A stretch of DNA of 64,000 nucleotides, from positions 47,308,001 to 47,372,000 of the forward strand of contig NC_045697.1 of the NCBI RefSeq assembly GCF_009834535.1. Reading direction: 5' to 3'. The stretch is from Camelus ferus. Lineage: Eukaryota. Position numbers and translations under genes: made by a program. This document shows, in pieces, positions 49,201 to 61,528 of this stretch (positions are counted from its first letter, which is position 1; every line of letters begins with the position of its first letter). The notes beneath the pieces were generated by a model. The model was given only the letters and a program-made list of their open reading frames with translations. It was not told the origin of the DNA and made no database searches.

Positions 49201-52200
49201 GCCTTGTGAAATTGTGTATGCCTATTGCAGCACTCTGTATAACGGCAAGAAACTGTAAACATCTGTTGACATGGTGCGTACAAATATACAAGTAATGTAA
49301 AGATACACAGCTATTAAAAAGAATGAGAAAGCTTCCTACGCACTGAAATGAAAAGAACTTCAAAGTGCAGAACCATGCTATCTTTTCAGTAAAACAAAGA
49401 GGAAATTAAAAATATATATCTTTCTTTTTTTTCTATTCTCATTAAAAAAACTGAAATAAATTAAAATACTGCAATATAAAAATAGGTAAGCAACTGTGCA
49501 TATGCAATTTACAAAAGAATTATTAGTGGCCACTAAAACTAAAAAAAAAAAAAAAAAAAAAAAAAATGCTGAGTCTCTTTTCTGTGCCTGGGATTTTAGA
49601 GCTGAAAAATAATACCTTTAAGGGACATTTTGTTATTACTATTTTAAACTCAGAAAACACTTTTACACACTGACAGGGAGAGAGAATCTAAGTCATGTGT
49701 CTTCATGTTTGAAGGATTATAAGGAAAAGAGGATGGGTAGTGAGAGGCACAGTATGTTTCGTTATTTTTAAGAAGAAACTTACTTTAATTGCCGAATACA
49801 GGGAATACCCATAATGCTTCTTAAACTCTGCTCGAATGTCCAAAAGGTCAATTTCTGATCTGGAAACCATGATGCGGTTCAGAGTAAACTCATCAGTCCC
49901 AGCACCCTGTTAAGAAATGCAGGTGTGCATGATATAACCTCATCGCGCACAAAACAGCAGACAGAGCTATATTTACACGAAATAGATAGTGGTGCACATA
50001 ATATCCAGCCACAGTGACTCACTCATGTATTGTCAAACCTCATCATTCATTTATTCACAAAATATTTATTGAGCACTTACTCTGTGCCATCACATTGCCA
50101 AATGCTGAAAGCAGAGATGAGAAACCCCTGTTAAGCTTTCAGTTCTGTAAAGCATCCAGGCAAGAAAATGGGCCATCACAATAAAATCTGACATGTGGGT
50201 GGTACTGGGTACTATGGGAGAAAATGCTAGGGAGGCCTGAAACAGATCAAGGATTGGGAAAGGGCTGTTTGAGAGAACGGTATTTAAACTGGGGCCTAAA
50301 TAATCAGCCAGGGGAAGAAGGAATGGAGCTCAGACAGAGAGGGAAAAAAAAAATGTTCCAATGCAGGAAACAGCACATGTGATGGTGTAGGACAAGGAAG
50401 AAAAAAAAAGGCCAAGTTCAAGGATACAGAAAGAATGAGGAGGAACAGCAAGAAATGTGTCTGGAAAGACCAGACCTTGTAAACCATGGAAGGGAATTCC
50501 AACTTTATCCCGAGTGTGACGAACTACTGCAATCTGCTAAATAGGAGAGTGTTGAGATCAGGTCAGAGTTGTGGTTTCAGAGGATTCCTTTGACAGCAGC
50601 AGTATGAAGAATGGACTGCAAAGCAGAAGTGGGATAAAGATAACAGAGCAAGAAGCTTTGGGACCCATCCAGAGCTGGTTGCTTAACAGAAAAAAAAAAA
50701 AAAAAAAGAGAGAGAGAGATGATGATGATGATGGCCTGCCCTAGAATAATGGCAGGAGGGATGGAGAAAATGGATAGATTTAAGAGATGCTTATAAAGGC
50801 AGATTGACAAAACATAATGATGTGTCATTTGAGGAGAATGAAAGAGAGAGAGAAGCGTAAACCTTCTAGCTGAGCAGTTAGGTGGATGTTGACGCTATTC
50901 ATTCATTCAACAAACACTTACTGAGCACCTACTGTATGCCAGGCATTGGACCATCTGTGTAGTGAACAACACGGACGGTATCTCTGTTCTCGTGGAGGTT
51001 ATGTTCTAATAGTTGGAGATGGACAGTAAAACCAATGAACAAGTTGTCTGAGTAAGTGGTCACAGAACGATGGGACGGAGTGTGAGTGAAAGGAAGCCAG
51101 GGGACCTGTGCAGCCAGGGAAGACCTCCCTCCAGAGGTGACATCTGAGCTGAGACCGCAAAGGTGAGGAGGTAGCCCTAGGTAGACCTGGAGGACGCACA
51201 TTCCAGGCAGAGAGGACAACAAATGCAAAGCCCCTTGGTATGGGAAGAGCCTTGACACGGTCAGGGATCAGGAAGAAGGCGGATATGGCCGCGGCACCGG
51301 GAACAAGCTCGTGGGGAATGGCACAACCTCGCAAGCTGGGCAAGGCTAGTTCCCGCCGGGGCTGTCCAGGGGCATGACTGAGTGTGGGACCGGGAGCAGA
51401 ACTGGGCTGGGGGGTAAGGTGAGGAGAATGGTGTGTTCACTTTGGACAAGACTTTGAAGTGCATGTGGACTTCCACAGGAAACACTCAGGAAGAAACTAA
51501 AGTAAGCATGTTCTACGTGCCAGGCCCAGGATGGAGATACAAAAGAGCAAGAAAAATGCTCACACACTCACGGAGCTCACCATCTAGCGGCACCAATGAA
51601 TGAGGTAACACAGGGTTTCTATACCACGGGAGGCTGCTGACTCAGCTTGGTTTATTTTAAGTAAGGCAGCTTGAGAGGCTGCTGGATCTAATGGGTCAAG
51701 TTTGAGGTCTGTCATCCTAGAACAAATTTACTGCCTACACTTAATGTGAAGTGAGGGAAATAATGCAGTCCACTCCTCACTGCACCGACCTTGATAATGA
51801 CCAGGGTACTCATTATCAACATATGAGACAAAGCAGTAGACACCCCAGCTACAAAAGAGAATGCATCAAAGTGGCAAAGAAATATGAAAGCCCATCCATA
51901 TGAAGCAATATTTTTACATTCTCCTTCAGGGAAGCTAGGAATATATACAACATTTCCAGACCAACCTTCAAAGCCTGATGAAGTCTTACAGCTAAAAAGG
52001 CGGGCATGTTCCTTGCACAATGAACTGTTATTAAAAAAAAAAAAAAACACACAATGTTTAATAGAAATTGAGTTAATCTATAATAATGTGTTTTTTAAAA
52101 AGATTTTTTTGGGTAACCATACCACTCTTCTCCTCACCGTTACTGGCTTTTCTTTAGAATGAAAGAATGAATGGATGCTTAACCTGAATTTCAAAGCCTT

Positions 52201-55200
52201 ATAATGTCATATTTGTATGGAACTTTAGCACAGTAATTATCCTTAGCCACAGGGAAAATAAAATTACCTGCCAAAGAAACTCCCACAGTGGCTGACTCAT
52301 TTCCAGATCGCAGACACACCAACACCTACGCTCACGTTGATAACCCCCTCGGGTGCACCACTGCTGGGTTCCTAACATCTTTGGCTACTGATGAATAGCT
52401 TGGGTGGAAAGACTGCAGGGATGTTGCTCCAAATAACTCATTAGGTAAGCAGGGACACTCGAGTTCAATTTAAAACCAATTTTTCCAGTGGAAAGATTTG
52501 CTCTTAAATGACTGGATTAGAATGTATAGGCTGATTAGAGTAATTACATTAGAACCAGTGCCTGTAATCGGAATTCAGTCATCAAAAAAAAAAAAAAAAA
52601 AAAACACCTACCATCTTTCAATTCTTTATTTTGAAATAACAAGTAAAACAAAAGTAAAATAAGAAAAAGATAACTGGCAAAAACATGAGCAAATTAATTA
52701 TCCTTTAAATAAAGTGAAAATAGGCAGGGATGGAGAAGTCTGTAAGGCATAAACCTATTTACTGAAGCACAATTACTCTGATACTCTTACATCTGATCTG
52801 CAGGTGGGAATCTGATCAAAACTGAATGAATTTTATAACGAATTTTGGAGATCAGAACAAGAATAGCGGCTTTCTCATAATGCCTTACAGACTCTTAAGG
52901 AAAGCTTTTTAAAAGGCCTTTCTTTTGTGGAAGTCATCGAAGGGAGACAGAAGGAGAAATGTACTGGAAACTCAGACATGGAATCTGAGACAAACATGAA
53001 AACAGTGACGCATTTGAAGCTGTGTGAGAAGAAACCAATGATTTGAATTGGTGCTACCTATTTTTTTGCAAACTTACATTCAGCAAGCCTTAATCACTGG
53101 GAAGTTTTTATGCCCACTTTATCCTATGAAGCTTTTCAAATTCATCACCCTCCCCCCAAACTAAATGTAGGGCATCCTTTCCTTTCATAACCTTTGCCTT
53201 GTCCTCTGCTTTATGTTCTGAGCCACCAGATTTGTTCCTCATGTTTGAAACTTTGGGGAGGCGGTGGTATACGCAGTGGTCAGGAACCTTGCTTTAGGAC
53301 CCAACGCCAGCAGGGAAACTCAGGGAAATCCCTGAGACTCAGGAGGCCTTGAAGTTCATTATGATGACCAAGGTTCACACCTGCCCTTCTTACCTTCTAT
53401 GTTGTCTTGACCAAACTTGAGTCAGGCCTCTCGCTCCACAACAGGCCCCTGAACTCCAGCCTGGCCCTCAGCCTGAGCAAGAACTAAAATGCAGAACACG
53501 CTCCCTTCCCCACTTGTCCCGAGAATCAGTAGACACAGTGAGACACACTTCCTGTCAACTCCCAACAGTTATGCCCCCTGCTCCCCCAACTTCCCCTTAA
53601 ATGTTTCTGCAAAGGTCCATTTACCCTCTTCCCTTTTCTGTTTGATTTTCAGACTCCTGCACATTTCCGAGATGGAAGTGTTTTCCTTACTACAATAGTC
53701 TTTTTGAATAAAGCCTCTCCTTATCTGCGTCCAGATTTGACAACCGAGCAATCTTTCTACCATGCACGTCTAAGCTGATACAGCTCAGGTGGCTTTTCAC
53801 ATCAAAAACCAAGTGCTGACATACTGTGTTAGAACCCTTGTGCATGAAGTAGCCAGGATGGGCAGAAACATCGACACAGAAAGTAAACTGGTGGTTGCCG
53901 GGGGCTGGGGGTGGGGAGGAGTGGGGAGTGGCTGTTGATGGGCACAGGGTTTCTTTTGGGGCTGATGGAAATACCCTAAACTTAGACTGTGATGACAGCT
54001 GCACAACTCTGTGGCTATACTAAAGAGCACTGAATCGCACACTTTAAATGGGTGAATTTTATGGTATATGAGTTTTATCTCGGTAAAGATTTTTTTACCT
54101 GTTACATTCCAATGGTAGACTGAAATAGAAAATGAAAGTGTGACATATCTTGAACTTTAAATTAGTTGAATTATAAGGTCCTTCTTTTACTTGATAAATA
54201 ACATACATTATAGCCCAAACTGAGTGCATAATTCAATGTCTATTTCCAAGAAGGCTTCTTAGTTCAATGAGTAAGAATTTGTAAATGCCAATAAAGTTTT
54301 TCAAATTTGACAGCAAGCAAAAGGATGTAAAGATTAAAATATGAAGTGGAAAAAAATTAACTGGCTAAATCATTGCCACTGGAACATTCTCAGAACCAAT
54401 TGTGGAGACTGATCTTTGATTCATTTTTTTTAATTGAAAAAGCAGCTTTTTTTCTTTCTTGGCCTGTCTTTAGCAATTCAATCAGAGTCAACAGTATTTT
54501 TTTTTTCCTAGCAGCATTTGGATCGAGCCCTATTCTTGGCACTGAAAAGAGGATGAACAGTAAATGAAATAACATATGTGAAAGAAGCCCTGAGAATGGG
54601 GCCTGGACCTCAGAGAGCGCCTGCTCTCTGGTATGTTTTCTGTAATTTCATATACTTCATGCAGGTTTCAGGTGTGCTTACACTGCAGTACATCAGAGAG
54701 GCTGGTTAACATCACGCACCGTGGAGCCCAAATGCCTAGGTGAGACCCCCAGCTCTACCACACTTTCCCTGGGTAACCTGGGGAAGGTACCTAACCTTTC
54801 TGTGCCTCTGCTTTGCCATGGGGGATGATTGCGGTCCCTAATCCACGGGGTTGTTATGAGGCTTAAATGAACTGATGTTTGTAAAGAGGTTAGCACAATG
54901 CTAAGTGCATAATACGTGCCCGACGAATGTTTATTTGAAAACACAGTTTGAGGGACCCGAGTGGGGAGCTCACCCTCCAGAGGTGGTAATTAACACCTGA
55001 AAGATGAATCAGAGGCTCTCTGCAGGGGGTTACCCTTCAACATCACCTGTCTTCATTTCACCAGAGAAGCTATTAATCAGCACGATGGAGGTTATTTAAT
55101 GATTTTTCATTGGTGCAAAGACTAGATGTGTGGAGGACAGGTACTCATACCCCGGCATTAACGGAGAAGCAGTCTGTCACAAACACAGCAGCCACCCCAG

Positions 55201-58200
55201 ATTGGAGTGGTTTAGGATTCTGAACAGTCCTGTGTGTGGAGGAGCACTTAAATCTTGCTGCCTGACTCTGACTAGCATGGCCACTGAATCCTGCCTTTGA
55301 GGCGTGTCTCATTCCTCTGAATGCATCTTTCCTGCAAGGTGTTCTTTGGGCACCTAAAAGGACAACGCGGAGACCTGACTGAGACAGATCAGCTTGTGTA
55401 ACGGCATTTCTGTTGGCTTGTCAATCCACATGCCACTCAAGGAATGGCTTCAGTCTCTGTCTTTCTTTTTGATACTCCTATTAGCACGGCCAAGAGGGAG
55501 AAGACCTGTGGTTCCGACCTGAGCCAACTCTGGGAGGCCGCTGACGTCTTCCAAAAATAATCAAATATGGTGAATTCCCAAATTGGCCTGGGTCTCTGTT
55601 TCCAACAGACCCCATAAAAATGCCAGTAGAAATGAAATACTTTTTCTCTCTCAGGCAGTTTATAATCCAAATGTAGTGACAAGCCAAACACAAAGGTAAA
55701 AGGCAATGGAAGACCTAGGAAGAGAACTTCTTCAAGCACCATTTGACAGTATCTGTTGAGCATATTGTGTGTCCCAAGGACTGTGCTGGCGGCTGTGGCA
55801 GCATCGGGATGGATCAGTCAGGACTCTTACGTGAAAAGGGCTAATCGTGACATCTGGTTTAAAACAAGTGCAAACGAACTCAGTTTATAAGCACTCGAGG
55901 GCTTACCTATGGCCAGCAGTAAGTCTTCAAAATGCCCAGACAGTTCTCCTTTTATGCTGTCCTCAATGTCCTTCTGGCTAATATTTCTGTATTCATCAAA
56001 TGCTGAAAAGCAGCATCACAAAAAATATTTAAAGCATCTCAGTTGACCACACTTCAATATATTCTAGTTTTTGACTTGACATGCAGCAAATCACGTTAAG
56101 TGGCAAGCTCAAAAACTCCTTTAAACCATTAAAAATCGAGCACAGAGGTTTTTGGTTTTTCTTGAAAAAATCACCAGTAATAAAACTTGAACTTCCCAGG
56201 CCATTTTCTTCAACGATCAATCTCTTTGTCTCTCTCCCCTCCCCTCCTCTTCCCTCCCCCTAACCAGACTGTTAGCATTTAAAATAGCCTGAAAGGCTAA
56301 ATGATAAATAATTTATCTAGTAAGGTGGGCTATTTTTAAATTATAGCAGCACCTGGGAAGCAAAATGTGGCTATTAGTCAAATATGTTTTAAACCTACTA
56401 CTGAAATCTTAATTATGGAGATTTCTCCATGCTGAGCACACACTCCCTAAGGCAGCATGGCCTACCTCTCCCTAGAAGGCATTCCAAGTTCTTGGCTGGT
56501 ATTCGCCCCAAAGCAAAACCTGCACCTCTGTCCCCGGGCAGGTAGGCATACTTTGTAAGCCAAGTATATTTTTCCCAAGTAAATTTCAAAAAGAGAAAAT
56601 CTGGAGAGAGATCTAGGATTGTTCGGTTTTCAGTTTTTCAAGTAAAGCAACTCTAGAATACTATTACCCTTACTTTATAAAAAAGAATATCATTTTAATA
56701 CCAGATTTAGGAAAAGTGATCTCAGAATTAAAAAGGCATGGCAGTCCCTGTGTTTCCTCATTTCCTTTGAACTCAGCACAAGCTTAGACACTGCAGTGCG
56801 ATCGTTCTCCAGATCAGCGCCTGGAAGCCACAGTCAGATGCCCACGTAAGAGGAGCTCTGGGCTTCCAGGTACTGTTGCCTCCAGCATGACTCAGGGAGA
56901 TGCATGAGTGAGGAAGTGGGTGCTTAGCCATTCAGTGTAATAGTCGGTCTGATAAAAAGAGCCCTCCCTCCCTGCTTCCAATTGATCTTCCTATCAGAAA
57001 AAGCAGAATGTTAATCAACATGGGTGCATTCACAGAGACTCACTCGCAATGGAAAGTGGCTAATGAGGCAAGAGACAGGCTGGAAGCAATGCTCCTCTCT
57101 GCTCTCACCCTGGAGGGCTGCTCGCTGCTCTCTCCTCCCTGGCCTCCCTCCCCATCTAGTCTATCACCTGTCACTCACTGGGTAATCTACTCAGCCTCTA
57201 GGGGGACACAAGGGTCGTGTCCCTTCTGCCCAGAGTAAGGAACACAGCTCTCCCCGGTTGTTTCTTGAAATGTTTACACATAAAAATGGAAGAGCCTTTG
57301 TGATTTTTAACTTCATTTTCCAGAACTTAGTATATTCAACCCTAAAACATATGCACAAACCATACAATTCCCAAAGGATGGCCATTCGAGTCCATACTCA
57401 GTTTCAGTTGAAGAAAGCTCCTTAAACACAGGATCTCGGTGAAGGTATCCTCATCCGTGCCCCATCTCTTCTCACCGGCATTATAGAGAATCTGTGGGAC
57501 AAGGGAGAAGACAGAAATGTTACTGCAGACCCAATTCTTTTTGAGGTGGCGGAATGAGAAGCGGGCGAGCTGACTTGACTTCACAGGTCATTGTGGTCAT
57601 CTGTCATCCACATCTCTCACTTCTAGCAGAATAGACATCTGACAGCTGGGGTGGCAGGAGCCAGGGGAAGAAGCGCCACCACCGGAGGTGACAGAAAGTT
57701 GGGGCTGGGTGATGCCCAGCTTCAGGCTTCTCCTTCAGACAGGCCAGGGGAGAGGACAGCCCCAGCTGGAGCCACAGAAATGAGAAGGCAGTCAGGAGGG
57801 AGCACAGTCAAAGGAGATGATTTCTTTGCTCTGTTACTGACCTGGGCATCCTTTTTGGCCAGCTGCTCATCCACTTTCTGACTCTCATCTCTTCTGCCCT
57901 AAACAGGGAAGATAAAAATAAGGGCAACCCTTTTAGAGACAGAAGAGTCCATTGCTTGGTATCCCAACCACTACAGCATCTCAGAGCTGCTTCTCCAAGG
58001 GAGGTGATCAGGCACTTGGGGCATCTTCAGGAAATCAAAATACAAGCCACAGACTGGAAGAAAAATATATGCAAACACATATCTGATACGGGCACTGGTA
58101 TCCAAAATATATCAAGAACTCTTAAAACTCAACAATAAGGTAGCAAACAACCCAATTAAAAATGGGCAAAATATCTGAACAGACATCAGATACACAGATG

Positions 58201-60751
58201 GCAATATAGCACATGAAAAGGTGCTCAACATCATATGTCATTAGAGAATTGAAAATGAAAACCAAACCCCTGCACATCAATTAGAACAGGTGAAATCCAA
58301 AACAGTGACAACACCAAATGCTGGTAAGGATGTGGGGCAACAGGGAATCTCATTCCTTGTTGGAAATGTGAAATGGTACAGCCACTTTGGAAGACAGTTT
58401 GGTGGTTTCTTCCAAAACTAAACATGTTTTACTGTACAATCCAGCAATTATGCTCCTTGGTACTTACCCAAATAAGCTGAAATCTTATGTCCACACAGAA
58501 ACTTGCACATGAATATTTACAGAAGCTTTCATTCATAATCGTCAAAACTTACAAGGGGAATAAACTGTGGCATAGCCATACAATGAAATAGGACTCAGTG
58601 GTAAAAAGGAAATGAGTTATCAAGCCATGAGAAGAGGCAGTCTGAAAAGCCTACATACTGTATGATTCCAACTATATGACAGTCTGGAAAAGGCAAAACT
58701 ACAGAGATAAAAAGATCAGTTACCAGGGGTTCAGAGGCAGAAAGACAGGGATGAATAGTGGGAGCACAGACCATTTTTAGGGCAGTAAAACTATTCTGTT
58801 TGATATAGTAATGGTGGACACACAACATTATACATTTGTCAAAACCCTAGAATGTAGGACACAAGTGGTGAATCTGAATGTAAACTATGGATTTTAGTCA
58901 ATAATGATGTGCCAGTTCATTCATTCATCATCTAATTCATTCATCAACTATAAAAAATGTGTCCTGCTAATGCAAGATGCTAACCATAGGGGTCACTGGG
59001 AGAGGGTGGGAAGATGAGCATACGGGAGCTGTCTGCAGTTTCTGCTGGAAATCTAAAAGTGCTCTAAAAAATAAAGTCTATTCAAAAAACCCCCAAAACC
59101 TCAAAGATCCCCACTAACTCTCCTGTTGAAGGTTCCGTGGCTGAGTGTGTGTGCTTACACAAACACTTCAGCACGTCATGGAAAGATGGGAGACGCAGAT
59201 GAAAAAGAAGAATGCTTGAATTATTTTGAAATTACAGGTGAGTGAAACATCTGGTTATAATACTGTAAAAATACACTTGTTTCTGTTTTCAAACATTTGG
59301 TCTGTTTATGCTTGCCTGATTTTTGCCTGATCTCTTTTTTTGTTTGTTTGTTTGTTTCAGGGCTGAGGCTACTCTGCTCCGACTAAGCGTCCCAGTTTGC
59401 CTTCGTCTTGTTCTCCTTTCATCATCCACCGTGTTCCAACAGTAAAAATGCTAACGATCATTGGTATTAATAATAATAAGCCGCCACTGTACTGTTGACA
59501 CCCCATGTGCTGTTTCACATCCTCTCTCTCTCTTAATCTTCACAACACCCTATGAAGTTGGTACTGTTATTATTTTAATTGTACAGATGTGTGAAATGGA
59601 GGCTTTAAGGTTTCAATTAAAGTAACCTGCCTGAACACACAAAGCCAGTAGGCAGCAGAGGAGTACGGGGTTCTAGGTCTGACGCTGAAGCCCTGCCCGG
59701 GACCCCCGCCCTCCACTGCCCCGAGTGGGCGTGTGTGCCCACTTGCACACACAAGCGGATGTGCAGTGATGATGAATGCAGACCTGGGGGCATATGTTTG
59801 CAGCGATGCCTCACCCATTTGGGTTTGTAGGTTCAGTCTTCATAAGGTTTTCACCATTGAAAACAACTGAAACCATAATTAGGATAAACTGCTTCCTAGT
59901 GGCGTAATGCCTCACTTTGACAAACGCTGTTTCAACCCTCAGGCTGAGACGGTTGCTGGGATTTTCTCCCACATTAAGGGCTGTGCAACTCAGCTGAAAG
60001 AGGCTGCTGGGGTAGGACTTAAATCATTTCCTCCCTTACACACACGTATGACTACATCTCATCCTTGACCTTATCATCTTTTTTTATCAAGTCATGCACC
60101 TCTGACAAAGAAACAGCAAGGTGTGGCCTCATTTGGTCACACGGTGATGAATGGTTTAGTGACTCTTCCAAAGGCGGTAAGGACAAAGTTCCAGCAAGTC
60201 ATTTTTTTTTTTAACCCTGAGACTGCCATACCCATCTCTGAAGGTAACCCTTCTGTGTCATGTGTCCTACTTAACTTAAATGCTCCCAAGTGGAATATAT
60301 ATTCTTTGGAGCCCAGAAGAAAATCAACATGTTCTTAAAAATGGAGACACTCATAATGGAAATGAACAATTATTTTTCTTTCAGATGAACTTGCAGAACA
60401 TTTCCTAACACATTATGAATCCTGATCAAAAGACATTTAATCCATTTACTGACCAAAACAAGATTCCTTAAATACATCATTAAGTTACACTTTCATGGTG
60501 GTGGTTAAATATTACACTGCTTGATGGCAATCCAAATGTAAAATGAACAAATCATTTCATAAGGGAAATTGCAATCTCATTGTCTCAGTTTGGTTATTTT
60601 CAAACTCCATAAAAATTATTATCGAGCGTGCAACTTACTAGGGAGTTAAAAAGTAAAAAATAAAACCTTACATCAGCCAAAGTCAACAGAGCTTTCCGGA
60701 AGTCACCAGAGGTTTCAGAACTAATCGCATCTCCGAGACTTTTCTTGTATA
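46162..60751 (-). CDS. ANXA3: Annexin A3, 3' part of gene: join of exons 60672-60751, 57842-57898, 57398-57491, 55907-56002, 51966-52024, 49784-49906, 46162-46221 (5' exons outside the window)
   Basis: Spliced translation (V)[188 protein letters not shown] matches the C-terminal ~190 aa of human ANXA3 as I recall it. All introns are GT-AG and phases join without frameshift. Confidence 0.97.
49105..49390 (+). mobile_element. L1ME-like fragment in ANXA3 intron 12
   Basis: ATTGCAGCACT, CAGCTATTAAAAAGAATGAG motifs. Confidence 0.55.
49784..49906 (-). CDS. ANXA3: ANXA3 exon 12 (123 bp), repeat IV with the GxGTDE motif
   Basis: aacag|GGTGCT...ATTAAA|gtaagt; encodes [41 protein letters not shown]. 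Confidence 0.97.
50040..51470 (-). mobile_element. Two adjacent L2 3' fragments (starting ~50040 and ~50897) in ANXA3 intron 11
   Basis: CATTCATTTATTCACAAAATATTTATTGAGCAC and ATTCATTCATTCAACAAACACTTACTGAGCACCTACTGTATGCCAGGC. Confidence 0.8.
51966..52024 (-). CDS. ANXA3: ANXA3 exon 11 (59 bp)
   Basis: Poly-T tract, then taacag|TTCATTGT...TTGAAG|gttggt; encodes (V)[19 protein letters not shown]; visible in ORF 51849..52052. Confidence 0.95.
53305..53741 (+). mobile_element. ERV1-type solo LTR (MER31/MER67-like) in ANXA3 intron 10, antisense to the gene
   Basis: TTGACCAAACTTGAGTCAGGC, then AATAGTCTTTTTGAATAAAGCCTCTCCTT and terminal TTTGACA. Confidence 0.6.
53850..54095 (+). mobile_element. L1MB/MC-type 3' end in ANXA3 intron 10
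   Basis: GAAAGTAAACTGGTGGTTGCCGGGGGCTGGG...CACTTTAAATGGGTGAATTTTATGGTATATGA. Confidence 0.8.
54690..54935 (+). mobile_element. MIR in ANXA3 intron 10
   Basis: AACCTTTCTGTGCCTC...GGGTTGTTATGAGGCTTAAATGA. Confidence 0.75.
55907..56002 (-). CDS. ANXA3: ANXA3 exon 10 (96 bp)
   Basis: ttcag|CATTTGAT...GCCATAG|gtaagc; encodes (T)[31 protein letters not shown]. Confidence 0.97.
57398..57491 (-). CDS. ANXA3: ANXA3 exon 9 (94 bp), repeat III with the WGTDE loop
   Basis: cacag|ATTCTC...AAACTGA|gtatgg; encodes [31 protein letters not shown]; also visible inside ORF 57342..57584. Confidence 0.97.
57842..57898 (-). CDS. ANXA3: ANXA3 exon 8 (57 bp), repeat II-III linker
   Basis: tttag|GGCAGA...GCCCAG|gtcagt; encodes [19 protein letters not shown]. 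Confidence 0.96.
58030..59090 (+). mobile_element. L1M (MC-type) ORF2 end and 3'UTR in ANXA3 intron 7
   Basis: AAAATGGGCAAAA, AAATGGTACAGCCACTTTGGAAGACAGTTTGG, TGTATGATTCCAACTATATGACA; ends AATAAAGTCTATT. Confidence 0.88.
60672..60751 (-). CDS. ANXA3: ANXA3 exon 7 (80 bp), end of annexin repeat II
   Basis: ttcag|TATACAAG...GCTGAT|gtaagg; encodes [26 protein letters not shown]. Confidence 0.96.
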
Positions 60752-61059
60752 CTGAAAGCAAATAAGAATGAAATTAAGCTTTGATAAACTAAAAAATGTT
60801 ATTATAAAACAGAGAAAAGCTTAAATGGCAACACTGGCAAGGAAGGAGTACCTGATGAAATAAATTACGCCTTCTTTTATTTTTTTTAACCTCCTAGCGC
60901 TTTTCCAAGATGTACACCTCCTTCTTGTAACTATTACTGTAGTATGTGGTGTGGTAGATGCACAAGAACATAAGAAAATGCCATTCTGGATCAACTCACG
61001 GTTCATTTCACCTGACAATAGCACTAAGGAACGTATGGTGAGAAAGCTAGGGTGGGCAA

Positions 61060-61528
61060 GCTGCTAATTTGCCTTCCAATTTCCACTGCCTCCTTCTTCC
61101 AAAGGAATAGAAGCCTGACCTTGAGCAAGACAGAATGCACAGAGCATAAAGACTACGTCCTCTGCTCTCCTCTGAGCTAGGCATAGCTCGACAACTCCAT
61201 TCTTGGCCACCAAATGTAGGCAGACCTATGTGACATTGCTAGGAAATCTCCTCAGTGATGGCTCTTTCCTCCATCCTAATGCCTGGAATGTAGGTTGACC
61301 CCTGGAGCCTGGGCAGCCATATTGCACTATGAAGACAAAGACTACATCTCAGCGATGGCAAAGAATAAGCAGAAAGGGGCCCGGGTTCCTAAAAGTTGAT
61401 GAGCTATCAAGCCAGTCCTAGAAATGCCTATCTCCAGACTGCTTCTACACATGAGAGAAATAAACTTTTATTTAAGCCACTATTATTTTTCTGTTTTATT
61501 GAACCTGACTCTAACCTTAATGCATACA
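61060..61528 (+). mobile_element. MLT1J-like MaLR LTR in ANXA3 intron 6
   Basis: GCAGCCATATTG, TCTCCAGACT...TGAGAGAAATAAAC, TTTAAGCCACT motifs. Confidence 0.7.

Noticed and set aside
49541..49566. Long poly-A tracts (also ~3416, ~7163 as T, ~46845, ~52584) as processed pseudogene tails
   Set aside because: No adjacent mRNA-like body or clear TSD; treated as simple homopolymers.
57342..57584. 80-aa ORF as a standalone small annexin-like gene
   Set aside because: It is ANXA3 exon 9 read through into the flanking introns.
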